Positions 1-11,930 of a DNA stretch of 64,000 nt are shown one piece after another. The notes beneath the pieces are model-generated. The model had not been told where the DNA came from. It ran no database searches and saw only the letters and a program-made list of their open reading frames with translations. This stretch comes from Trichinella spiralis. Its lineage: Eukaryota. Position numbers and translations under genes: made by a program. Location of the stretch: the NCBI RefSeq assembly GCF_000181795.1, contig NW_003526943.1:1731647-1795646 (forward strand), read 5' to 3'. The stretch's first letter is position 1. Each line of letters begins with the position of its first letter.

Positions 1-1019
1 TTTCTTGCATTACTATTCATTGATTTTAAGGTACTAATTCAAAGAATCTCTATTTCATCATGAAATATAAGCGCCTCAAACAATGGTTATTAAAGTCTCC
101 CGTAAAAAATAATCGTTCACGTCCGCTGTGGTAATAATGTGAAATGAAAGTGGAAGCATCTGGAGAGAAGCTCATAATTTATTTTCGTAAAATTCACAAC
201 GTGTGACGTTTTGCAATAACTTGCGCAGGATGAAATTTTATAGTTGTGTTATCCATTAGCTTTTGCGCATTTATAACAAAAATAAGAAATGTCAGCAAAA
301 TTAAGCGCAGTTTATTCAAAAAATATACACATTTCAAGGGTGAGTTTTTCTTTCTAAAGGAATAGCACGTAAATTTGCCTGTGGCAATTAGTATAGAGAA
401 GCACGTTTTTTTTATTGCCATTGGAAAGTTTTATTATTAAACGTTTTGAACATCCAGTTTATGAGCAAATTTTATTATTATTAAATTGCACAAATAATGA
501 CCATTCTGAAACACTTTGAAAAAATTTTAAACAAATGACCAAGTTAATAATAATAATATACTGGATTTTTGATGTTTTTATCAATTGAAACCTTAAAATA
601 TCATCTGAAAGTCAATTTCTTATGAAAATTTAATTTTCAAAAACTTTTTTCTGCTAAAATAATAATATTTAATAAGTACTGTTTGAAGAATTAAATCATT
701 TTTCCGGCTAATTTATTAGAGATGTTAGTGCATTCTGTGCATGAGAATTGTTGACGCAGTTGCGTCGTTAGAAAATCAAAAGCTATTGATTGAGAAAATA
801 ATTTCATCCCTCAGCATTGTTCATTTCCCCGAAGTCTCTCCTGCTAAGCGCAGAAGATAGAAGCAGACCATTTTGACATTTATGTAGTTAGATTTGCTTT
901 GAAATGATAATTTTATAAAAATAGATGTGATTGGTTCAATATACATCTGCCGAACAATGGTTAGATGATATTGTGCATTTCACTCATTGTAAAGAACAAA
1001 ATCAGAGATTATTTTTTAG

Positions 1020-2344
1020 GGAAAATGATTATCACTGTAAAGATGATGAAATTTCAATTAAATCACCTCGTTTGTTTAATTTATGAATTAAGCTTCGCTT
1101 AAAAATATATCTCTTCGCAGTATTATCCCATGTCTGCATATTCATGCTATTGGAAATAAATTAATTTCATTTTAGGAAAATTTTATTGTGACAGTGCCTA
1201 TTTGAAATTAGACTTTGTTTGCGATTTGGACCACCAACTTAGTCACACTGAGGCAGAAATATTGAATCGCAGCTTAGTGAAAAAGTTCACACATTGTTTT
1301 GCTCAAAATGTCACCGACAGTTCAAAATACGCTATGGGCATTTTGCTGACCAATCAGCTTGTTCTGGATGATGTGTCCCGTTGCAACCGGTCAGGTAGTG
1401 CTAAACAAAAAAATCGCAGTTTGCATTCGCATACCGGTGATATGAATAAAATTGCCATGGATACTTTGAATAGGATGGCGAATTTTCTACGTCAGAGGTG
1501 GACTCATGATAAAAAATCTAATTGTTCAACGGATATTTTAGTCTTATTGGCAAAAAAATTCATCCTCTGCTATGAAGGTGAATTGATCATTGTTGAAGGC
1601 ACCAGCTTGCAACCGTTGGCAGCGGTCACGTTCAGCCAACGTCTTCGTGCGATCATTTCTGAACAAACCGCTTTAGAAATTATCAAGCGTCATTTAAATC
1701 GACAATCCACAAGCAATAAATCATACAGTACTGGTATGACTGTTCTACTCAAAGTTTTGCAAGGCTTGGATGAGCTTGTTACTGAAAAGTCAGTTGAACA
1801 TGGTATTAATTTGAATAGCAACAACAACAACTACAGCAGCAGCAACAACAACAATAACAATAGCATCATTAAAACAAGTGAACTTGAATCAACCGTCCAA
1901 GCAGCAATACCTATGTGGGCAATAATATTGTTTTTTGTCTCAATCATATTGACATGCTTGTGTGCTATAGTAGGCCATTGGATCAATTCGGATGGTCAAC
2001 CTTGGTGCAATTTGTTTCAGAGTCACAGCTCATACAGAAACGTTTCACTGTCTGCCCACGCAGCTGGCAATCAAGACTGGAGAGCAGGATTCGGCGGTGG
2101 CTTAATACATGCTGGGGGTAATGCTGATCGAGTGTCGCCGTTCTTCATGCGTCGACCCGCTTCCTCTGCTAGCATGAACCACAACACACCGGCGGTGCAG
2201 TTCAGTTCAAATAGGTGCAACCGAGGCCAGCCAGCCAATCAGCACAGATCGAAGAAAAATCTAATCGGTGGTCTGGCCCTGAGCCGTTGGCATGTTAGAC
2301 AAGAGCGAATGGCAGCATCAAATACCCCAATTCGCACTGTTTGA
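1020..2344 (+). CDS. Single-pass membrane protein, MOLO-1/TPM-domain-like (5' end unresolved)
   Basis: The long exon 1176-2344 follows a ttttag acceptor. A probable upstream exon 1020-1069 splices in frame (IKSPR-KFYC..FVCDLDHQLSHTEAEILN), resembling the nematode TPM/MOLO-1 N-terminal pattern. DILVLL strand, poly-Asn linker, TM helix WAIILFFVSIILTCLCAIVG and a GFGGG cytoplasmic motif follow. Confidence 0.6.
1819..1860 (+). repeat. (AAC/AGC)n coding microsatellite, poly-Asn/Ser
   Basis: caacaacaacaactacagcagcagcaacaacaacaataacaa lies inside the ORF. Confidence 0.85.
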
Positions 2345-3896
2345 CGAATGGCATTTTTCAAAATTTATACCTTAAAATATTTGAATTTGCAGACATTTTC
2401 GTAGTGGCTTTTGAAAGTCGGAAAAATCCATTCTTGCATCTGCTTTATCTGATCATTATTTGTCACCTGGAGACAATCGATGCAGATGCAATTCTAGTAT
2501 TCTCATTCTCATTCCAACTGTCTCCCATACATACATTGACATGTTTTATTTTTTGATCTCTCTTTAGAATACTGGAGTATCATGCAGTTCATTAAAATGA
2601 ACAAACTTTCAGGGAAAATTCTTTTTTTATTATTTCAAAGCACTTACAAGAATGGGCAGAAATAAAATTTATTATTTTAAACACAATCATTTCTTTTCTA
2701 ACTGTCATTCGCTTAGCCAGTCGTTATAATATTATTGCAATAATCTAACCAGATCTTTCTTTTATCGTTTTTAACTGTGCTCATTTAAACTTTCCTTATT
2801 TTTACTGTTTTATTGCTTTTTTATTGTAAATTTCTGTTGTACTAACTATAAACTTTTCAACACTACCGCTACAGTAATCGAATGGCGTAACTTCGCTATG
2901 AACTAGCATCTCAGAGAACGCTCAGCTGGACAAGACTTTCAGGCGGACAAGCAAGCCAACATTGAAACTAATTAAAACTTGTATTCTGTTAAAAGCTTTT
3001 TCTTTACTGAAAGATTGAAAATAATGCAGTTTTTAACAGCAGCTGAACAGTTTTTATAATGTTGCACTGAATTCACATTCAATTCATTCTATGACAAAAT
3101 TTTTATGGCTTACATTATGTTTTTATATAGTATAACAAACGATATTTTTGCTGTTTTCCTGCAGCGCTGTAATACGAACTTAATTAATGTTGTTGCTCCA
3201 ATATTTACATTTTTATTATGACCTAGAAATCCGGAATAACACACAAACAGCTCGACAGAGAAATGCAATGCAAAGACAATATCGGATACAAAAATTTAAC
3301 AGGTCAGTTTCTATACCAGCATACAGTATCATGGTCATAGGAAAGAAATGAAAGCTGTTAGAAAAAAAGAAAAAAAAGAGAACACAATTAATTTATCTGT
3401 ATGTTTGTATGCAGTTTTTTATAGTAAAACCATTTTTCATCATAAAGTACAACTGATAAATAACACTTGATTATAATTTTTGTAATATTACAGTAATTGT
3501 ATCGTGTGGCAATGGCAGATCAAAATTTGTCTGTCCTTCCTTCAATGTTATTTCTGTTTTAAGTTTTTCATATACTTATGAAAATTGGTTATTGTTCTTG
3601 TAAAGAATTATTTTGATGTTTAATATTATAAAAAAATTTAATAATTTAAGTGCTACAGCTGTTTTTAAATAGTCTAGCATATTACAAATTTTATTTTGGA
3701 TAGTGAAATTTATATTTATATGTTTTGTGAGGTCATTCATTGAGTTACATTTTAACTTATTTAGAGAATAACGTTATTTTCTTCATTTTTTATGTAGTTA
3801 ATTTATATAATATCGGGAGACAGGTATGTTCTTGATACATTCAGCATGCATGTTCTTTAATGCAAGTTATTTTAAAATTTTTTTCAGGTTAAGCAT

Positions 3897-5255
3897 ATGT
3901 CACTACGAGTTTTGGTAAGCGTGAAACGGGTAATCGACTATGCTGTTAAAGTAAGTTCTTTTTTAGCTTTACATTTGTTACCTCAAATAGGTTATAGATT
4001 CGAGTGAAGAATGATAAATCCGGAGTGGTTACAGAAGGCGTTAAGCATTCTATTAATCCATTTGATGAAATAGCTCTTGAAGAAGCCATGCGTATGAAAG
4101 AGCAAAAGCATGCTGCAGAAGTCATAGCTGTTTCTTGTGGCCCTCCATCTTCACAAGTAAACTTGTATGAATATTTTACTTGCTTCATGAATTCAGTGTT
4201 TTTTTTAATATTAATTTTCACCTTTTAGAAAAGGTAATTTAATTTAGTGTAACTCTTTTCATATTTTGTCAGAAATTTATATTGCATATAGTTATTATGA
4301 TTATTATTATCATTATTTCAATTGAAATTCTTATTCAGTTGCTTAATAAAAATTCACATGTTCACTTTGACAGTTTCTTGGCATATTTGTGTTAGCCACG
4401 TGAATAGGTTTACAGTATGATTAAAGAAATTTGTGCGTAGAAGTTAGTTGTGTTGTGTTGTGCAGTTTGAATTTCTATTTTATTAGGATATTCTTCGTCA
4501 TGCCCTTGCCCTAGGTGTTGACAAAGCCATTCACGTAGAGGTGGATGCCAAACAGTACGAACATGTTGAACCGTTGCACGTGGCCAAAATTTTGCAGTAA
4601 ATTTTGAATTACCATTGGAAATAATTTTAATGATAACCAATGTGATAATTAGGTGCATCGTGAAAGAGGAAGATATAAATTTGGTGATGCTAGGGAAGCA
4701 GGTAGATTATTGTTTATTTATGTTTCGGCGCTAAATCGTGAAATTTTTAGGCTATAGATGATGATTGCAATCAGACTGGTCAGATGTTATCGGCTCTGTT
4801 AAACTGGTCTCAAGTATGTTGTATTATTTTTATTTTATATTTTTGCATTATAGCTTTTTATTAGGCAATTTTCGCTTCAAAAGTTGAAGTAAATGCTCCA
4901 GATTATGTGACGGTTACCCGTGAAATAGATGGTGGCTTAGAGACAGTTCGGTGCAAACTTCCAAGTGTAATTACGGCCGATTTACGTTTAAATACTCCTC
5001 GATACGCTACTTTACCGAACATAATGGTAATGGAGTAAATCACGTTTAAATTTAAAAAAATTATTGTGTTTTATTTTGGAGAAAGCGAAAAAGAAACCGT
5101 TGGTGAAGAAGAATGTTGCTGATCTAGGCATAACTATCAAACCACATAAGCAAATTATTGAAGTGTCTGAACCTCCTCCACGTAAAGTTGGTCAGCTTGT
5201 TGGCAGTGTCCAAGAATTGGTAGATAAGTTGCGAAGCGATGGTCTCATAAATTGA
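3897..5255 (+). CDS. ETFB: Electron transfer flavoprotein beta subunit (7 exons)
   Basis: [84 protein letters not shown], with GT-AG introns. Confidence 0.97.
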
Positions 5256-5680
5256 TTTTACTTACATGTTAATATTTTCTGAAGTTAAGACCTTTTTACA
5301 AATTAATAATAGAGATTTTTTTCTGATTTCGTTTTCACTATGACAGTAGTTGATATATTTGCTCTTTTTATATTTTCTATCATTGAAAAATGTTGTATAT
5401 TCCACTTCTGTTCTATGCATTGGGATGAAGTTGGTTTGAGGAATTGTAATTTTTTGCTTATCAGTCTTCTTTTCAGTTATACGATGATCGGGACATCAGA
5501 ATGAACTGACCCAGTGTTAGTGTTTTTGATGGTGAAATGCTGAATTAAACTTATTCGAATTTGGAATTTGAATGTTTTTTTCTACTAGCAGTGGTTATCT
5601 GCTTTGCTATTTTCATATTTTACCCAACATTGAATATATGTGCTTTATTTTATTGTATTATATAATTTCAGCCTTTAGTG

Positions 5681-6457
5681 ATGAAGACGTTTGGTATTGC
5701 ATTTTGCTTCTTTATTTCATTTATTTTGCCGGTGTGGATGGAAGAAAATAAATTGAAAGAAGCCAGAATTGTCGCTTCTAAACAAATCTTGAGCAACTAT
5801 GCAGTGGAGAAAAAGGAACTGATTGTAATTTATCATTTGTACAATATAGGAGGACAAGCAGCCCTGAATGTGGAATTGAGGGATGAAAATTTTTCGCCGA
5901 ATCATTTTCAATTTCTCAAAGGTATTTTTAAAAAATTTGTCATAAATTATTAATATTGTATTTATACTGTTGAACTTGTTTGAAATGTTTGCAATTTAGG
6001 AAGCAATGTGATTCGTTGGAGTCGTATACCAGTTGGAGTTAACGTTACTCACGGTTTTTTTGTAGTTCCTCAAGATTATGGTCGTATGAATTTCACTGCC
6101 GCCGAAATTACCTACCACTCTGGGGAAGAGAATACCAAAAGACGTAAAAGCTACACGACAATAAAAGGAGAAGATATTATATATCGATTGAAGTATGCAA
6201 ATTTAATAAGTTTAAATTGTTGTATAATTTTTATTTTTAGTTGACAGAAATTGAACGTAATTTTAAACGGATAATTTCTTTTTTTATTTTCTTTTTTCAG
6301 AGATTACGATCGTCGTTTTGAGCAACATTATGGAGATTGGATTTTGTTCGTGCTGATGATTTTACCATCTTTGCTTGTTCCAGCGATGCTATGGCTGAAA
6401 AGCAGGCAGAAATACGGCACGATACCGGCACAAGTTTATAAAAAACGCAAAGAATAA
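5681..6457 (+). CDS. SSR2: Translocon-associated protein beta (TRAP-beta), 3 exons
   Basis: Signal peptide, ARIVASKQILSNYAVE..YHLYNIGGQAALNVEL, NFTAAEITY, DYDRRF..DW followed by a TM helix and a basic tail. Stop codon at 6455-6457. Confidence 0.95.
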
Positions 6458-7980
6458 GCAATAAAAAATTGTTTCAGCTTATTGTTTGCATTTTATTTTT
6501 TCATATCTGAGCCATATATGATTGTTAATAGATGATTTATTTTTGTTTATCATGTTGCACACACGCGTTCTTTTATTGGTATCAACGTCCGTCCTGTATG
6601 GTAAGAAGTACAATATTTTGGATGCTCTTTGATGAAACGAAATGGTAGATTTGTTTTGTACAGCTTTATGTAATAATATTGAAAAATGTGCAGTGAACAG
6701 TTAACATTGTTTTCATTTTATTGTTTTACAGGATAAAAGTTTGAGCGTCTGATTTGAAAAAAAAGGTTATAAAAATTGAATGTTCTTTTTTCTGCTGAAA
6801 ATGCTGTGCTCGAAATGTTGGAACTTTTCAGATTGTTCAAAAGTAAAGAGAAAAGGCAAAAAATTGCCCAATGCAATGAATGTAAATGCTCTGCATGCAA
6901 AACTTATGCATGTTGCAAGCAGTTAGTTGTAAATTTTATAAAATCGACTTAACGCCTGCGTTAAATAAAAAATGTACGGCTGTTAATAATTAAACAAAAC
7001 AAATATAAAAAGTATGATTTCAAAAATGTTGTACAATTTGTATGATAATTTCTGTAGCATTCTTTTTGTTATTTTAATTGAATGATATTTTGCATTACTG
7101 AAAATTGCTTTTATAACCAAAAGTGTGGGTGTAATATGTAATTATGTTTATCTGAAAAATAAAGAAATTGAAAATATTTTTTTCAAAAAAATAAGAAAAC
7201 ATTAAACAATGAGCATGCCATTCAATGCACATTTTCATGTGTGCACAGGCGGTGTGCGGGCTTGGTCTGCAACATATACATACATACTTCACATTGAATA
7301 TTTATTGAAGTGTTTTTTACTTTTATTAAATGAACATTTTTTCAAAACATAACTTACAAAAAATAAAATAAACAATGAAAAATGTTTTCATCTAATAATG
7401 CTAAAGTATTTATCAACAGATTTTTTTAAACAGCATAAAAAAAGGTTGTTTCAATCAGAGCGAGTTTTTTCCCAGAGTTCTCTTCTTTGATTAAGATTTT
7501 TATTGGCTTAAAGTGGTTTTAGTCTGATTCGGCCTTATGGAAGTCCTTTTTATTGGCTGTTGGGAATCAAGATTTCATTTGCTAATACTTCAAAATTGTA
7601 CTAATACTGCTACAGTATTTACCGCTTCATTGGTCAATATGTTTCCTTTGACAATTTTCCCAATTTCAGTAGTGTATTTTGAAATTTTTATAGTTTTCAT
7701 GATACAACAAATATTACGTTAAGTTTAATTCATGAGAATATTCCATTTTGATTATTTTCTTGTCAAATTATCAGAATCAACGACTTAACAGCTCCTTCTG
7801 TTACAAGATATGATATTTAAAAACGTTAATAAATAGGTTTGATGTGGTACAGCGCCATTACCGATTTTGGCGGTGAATTAAACCTTTTAGATGACTTTCC
7901 ATATTCAGACTGATTATTTGAACTTAATCAGATTTAACACAAAAGCTGACTGTAATGGACAGTCATTAATTTTCTGGATG

Positions 7981-8255
7981 TGTAGCGGCCTTCCGTTCTT
8001 TCTTATTATCGCTAGCGGAACCACTCATAACGAGAAAGATCAAACTTTATTATACAACTAATACACAGACAGCACAAAACACACGCACACTCTACTCAGA
8101 CTTTTTCGTGACTGAACTTCCTCGTCACTTCCGCGTTCGTCTGGCTGTTGTCCGCCCATCCAATCAGGTTTCTCTTGGCCTCCGAGTTCGCCTGTAGGCG
8201 TCGCTTCGCTCCGCCATGTTATTTGTGTGCTTCTGGTTCATTGATACCCGTTACA
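7981..8255 (-). mobile_element. Solo LTR of an LTR retrotransposon (275 bp)
   Basis: Starts TGTAGCGG and ends CCGTTACA (TG..CA terminal inverted repeat), flanked by a perfect 4-bp TSD GATG (7977-7980 and 8256-8259). GC-rich relative to the flanks, with AATAAA on the minus strand at 8046-8051. Confidence 0.85.
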
Positions 8256-9117
8256 GATGTTACTTCTTGGTCCCATGTTTACAAGTTTCAAACAAAAAGA
8301 ATTTCCATTCTAAATTCCATGAAAATAAAAATTTTGCAGGGCAGTTTCTGAGCTGCAAGCATAATTCTGTACTTCTAAAAATAAACAAAAATAGTCAACA
8401 AATCTACAAATAGCTGTTTTAAATTTGCTTACACTAGATGTAACGGATATAAATAAAATGAATAAAATTATGCAAAGTTATTATTATGCTTGTTTTCAGA
8501 TGACCATTCATGCGCAACAAGGCTTTTTTTTCAAATATATGTATGGTAGTTTTATTATATATATTAAAAATTTTATTTACCAGACTTTTTGCATAAATAA
8601 ATCTGAAAAGACTGCTATTGTTAATGTCATTATTGTTAATCTAAACTATTATTTATGGCATCATTGACGTAATTTATATTTGCTTTGTAATAATTAGTGA
8701 AACAAATGATGCTACGTAGTAAATAAAATAGAAATGGCAACTAACTCTTCTTGAAAAAGCAAATTCATAAAATAAATGTAAGCACAGTCACCTATATCTT
8801 TAATATAAAGATAATTATTTTTTAATTTTTTAACTCTTTTTTAAACAATTATTTCATATTTTACAATCAAGAACAGTTAAAATTTTATTAATATGAAGCT
8901 GATATTTTGTATAATTTTAAACATTTCAGCCATGTCATTTCGGCAAAAATAAAAATTTTTAACAAATACATTTATACATATAAAACCAAATATTTAAATT
9001 CAGCACTATTAAATATTTATATTTTTATTCCTTTTATATTGTTTCAGTTTTGGGCGACACTGAAATTACATAAATAGGCAATGATAATTATTGCTACATT
9101 TGTGAAAAAGACAAAAT

Positions 9118-11365
9118 ATGAAGCTTGCAATTATCTTTACTGTTTTTTGTCTCATCACTGTGGTATATTACTTTCTCTTCTTTTCTACAAATTATCTAAA
9201 GCGTAATATAAAATAAGGCTGTGTTGTATAAGAATAAAATAGATTTTATTAATATAATAATTTAGTGTACATTTTAATGTTACATTAATAATGATATTCA
9301 TAATATTATTATAATTGATATTCATAATATTGAAAGTGTCACTAAAGTAATGATGCATATATTTTATATACAAATTTACTTGCAATGCTATGAAATAAGA
9401 CGTACATTTTAGGTTGATAAGCATTATCAGTTTTTCTGAAGTGATTATGTTTTGATAAATCATTCTACATTTGATAAAGTGAAGGCCTAAATTGTTTATT
9501 TTATTTCAGGATTCCTTCGTAATAGAAGAAGTGGATGCATTTGATGTAAGCACTAATTCATAAATTATCGTTATGAAAAAAACTTTTTCATATTAAATTT
9601 AGATGCATTATGTGTCTTACTTCATTTTTAATACTAACTTCAGTTGTAGAGCAGTTCGATATCACATTTTCATACGGTGATCTAAACATCATTATTAATT
9701 AACAACTTACGACTGTTTATTATAATATATTGTATTGCATAAGATTTGAATTGTTTATCAATGTTATTTTTAAAATTTTTTTAGGCATTAACGCATCTGC
9801 TAAATTTGAAGGGCAAGGCAGAAGTAAGTTTACTTCCTTTCACTGCGATTGCTATAAAACTGCGTTTGTAAATTAAATGCAAAATGACAACTAAAACTGC
9901 TTATCTGCATATTTTTAGAGTAGAAAGATACTGCTAATAATCAAAAAGATGTATTTATTGCGTAAATTTTTACTTGATTTTTTTGTTTTTAGGCTGATCA
10001 ATTAGTCACTGTTCAGAGCATACTGAAAGTAAGTTTCTATATTTACAAAATGTAAATTTTTTTTCTCATAATATTATATGGTAATCAAAACTTTAGAATG
10101 CTTTCATTACATATATTTTACTTCAACGTTAACTTAAAAATTTTGAATTTCAGCAAAGTACAGTGGATGCTAAAGAGATTTTGCGGAAGATATTGCAAGT
10201 AAGCATTCCATTTGGCTTCTAATATAAAATTAAATTAACAAGTCATACAAGTTTCAGCACTTCATTTCTTTATTCAGTTATTGCACATTTAATACCAAAT
10301 TTAGTATTGCATCTAACATTATAATTAACTTTTTACTGATTAAAGCAGTTTTGTTCTTTCAATCTTTTATTTTTCAAAGGTTTGTCAATATGTAGAAATA
10401 AAAAAGAGTATGGATTTTTTTAAAAATTGATGTTGCGCATTTTTCAGAGAGAAGGAGACGCAGAGATTTTAAAACTTGTTGAAAGTATTGAAGGTTATAT
10501 ATTGGTGAGTAATAAATTTGTTAATGGATTAAAGATGCGTTGTTGAAATAAAATCATACACATATTTATATAATTATTGGAACTATTTAAATAATATCTG
10601 CTATTCATGAATGCAAGAATTGATTTTTATTATAATCATAACAGATCGTATTTATTATATAAATATATAAAATATGCTGGATAGTATGATGGATATTCAA
10701 ATTGCATTTTAGGGTGCAGCAAAATTACACGAAGAAACTGAAGATAAAATGTATGCCTTACTAAACCAACAGACTGTAAGCATTGCTAATAAGCTTAATT
10801 AATGCACTTTATGTGAAAAATAGGTTAACTATTATTATTTATAGTCACATTCTACAAAATTGGAATTAATAGAAAAAATTTTGGATAATAAACACAGATG
10901 TGAAGATGACGCTCGACAATCATATCCAGGAGTTCATGAAGATTTAATAGCAGCTGCTTCTCAACGTTGTTTTAGTGAGGTAGGCATTTATCAATCAAAA
11001 ATATTAAAATTTTCAATTTCAAAAGTTATATTTTCAAAATGGTATAATTATTCTTGTTAAAGGCATTTAACTTACAATTAATCATTTCAAAATTGTAATA
11101 ATAAGGAAATTAAAAGGTATCTAAATCTAAAAAGCAAATAAAACACTCCCTTAATTTATTAACAGATAGTTTGTTAATTTAAAGCTTATTTTTTAAAATA
11201 AAATTTTATTACGTTAATTACCATAAACCAGTTTATATGGAATTAAAAATTATTGAATTTATTTTAATTTTATGCATGATTTAATAAGTTAATATATTTT
11301 AATTTTAAACCAATTAATTATAGGCGATTGCTGACTTAAGTGAATCCTACGGAAAAACGTCTTGA
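9118..11365 (+). CDS. Secreted alpha-helical protein of unknown family (~165 aa) encoded by phase-0 micro-exons
   Basis: Exons 9118-9162, 9510-9545, 9785-9823, 9993-10028, 10154-10198, 10448-10504, 10713-10775, 10845-10979 and 11324-11365 have mostly consensus tttcag/ttttag acceptors and gtaag/gtgag donors. They join into a stop-free ORF beginning with the signal peptide MKLAIIFTVFCLITVDS. AATAAA at ~11420. Confidence 0.85.
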
Positions 11366-11930
11366 TATTCTTATTTTTTCATATGTACAATACGATTTTG
11401 ACAATGGCAACATTTATTAAATAAATAAAAAGTGCTAATTAAAAAAAGTTTTGCATGTCCATATTTCTATAATCAGCATGATTATAAATTTATTTGTTTT
11501 ATTTTTGCAAATTACAAAATGAAAAATTGAAATTAGGTGAAAATCAGCGACCATTTTTTGTAATCATGAAACAGTTGAAATTTTTTATAATTTGCCATTT
11601 GAAAACACTATTAACTTTGCATTTTTGCAAATTTTTAAATTAAAACATGCAATAACAAATGACCTTTTCAACGAAAATGTTTGGCTTTTGATAAGAAAAA
11701 ATCACCCAATCGAACTAGTGAAATCAAACTTGATTTATTGCAATGTAAATATTATTGACTTCCTGCTTTTCACTTATCTAGAAGCGTCGTCATTCGACAA
11801 TCACACATTGTTTATTGCTATTTTATTGCTTATAGGGAGCTGAAAGCAGCAAAAATCACCTTTTTATTTTTCATAATTTTCTTTTTATATCAGTTAATGC
11901 AGTATGAACTTTTTGTTCTGAGCATATTCA

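Noticed and set aside
5480..5545. C/D snoRNA-like pattern (cgatga..ctga..ctga) between ETFB and SSR2
   Set aside because: Box C is imperfect, there is no terminal stem, and I could not identify a convincing rRNA-antisense element.
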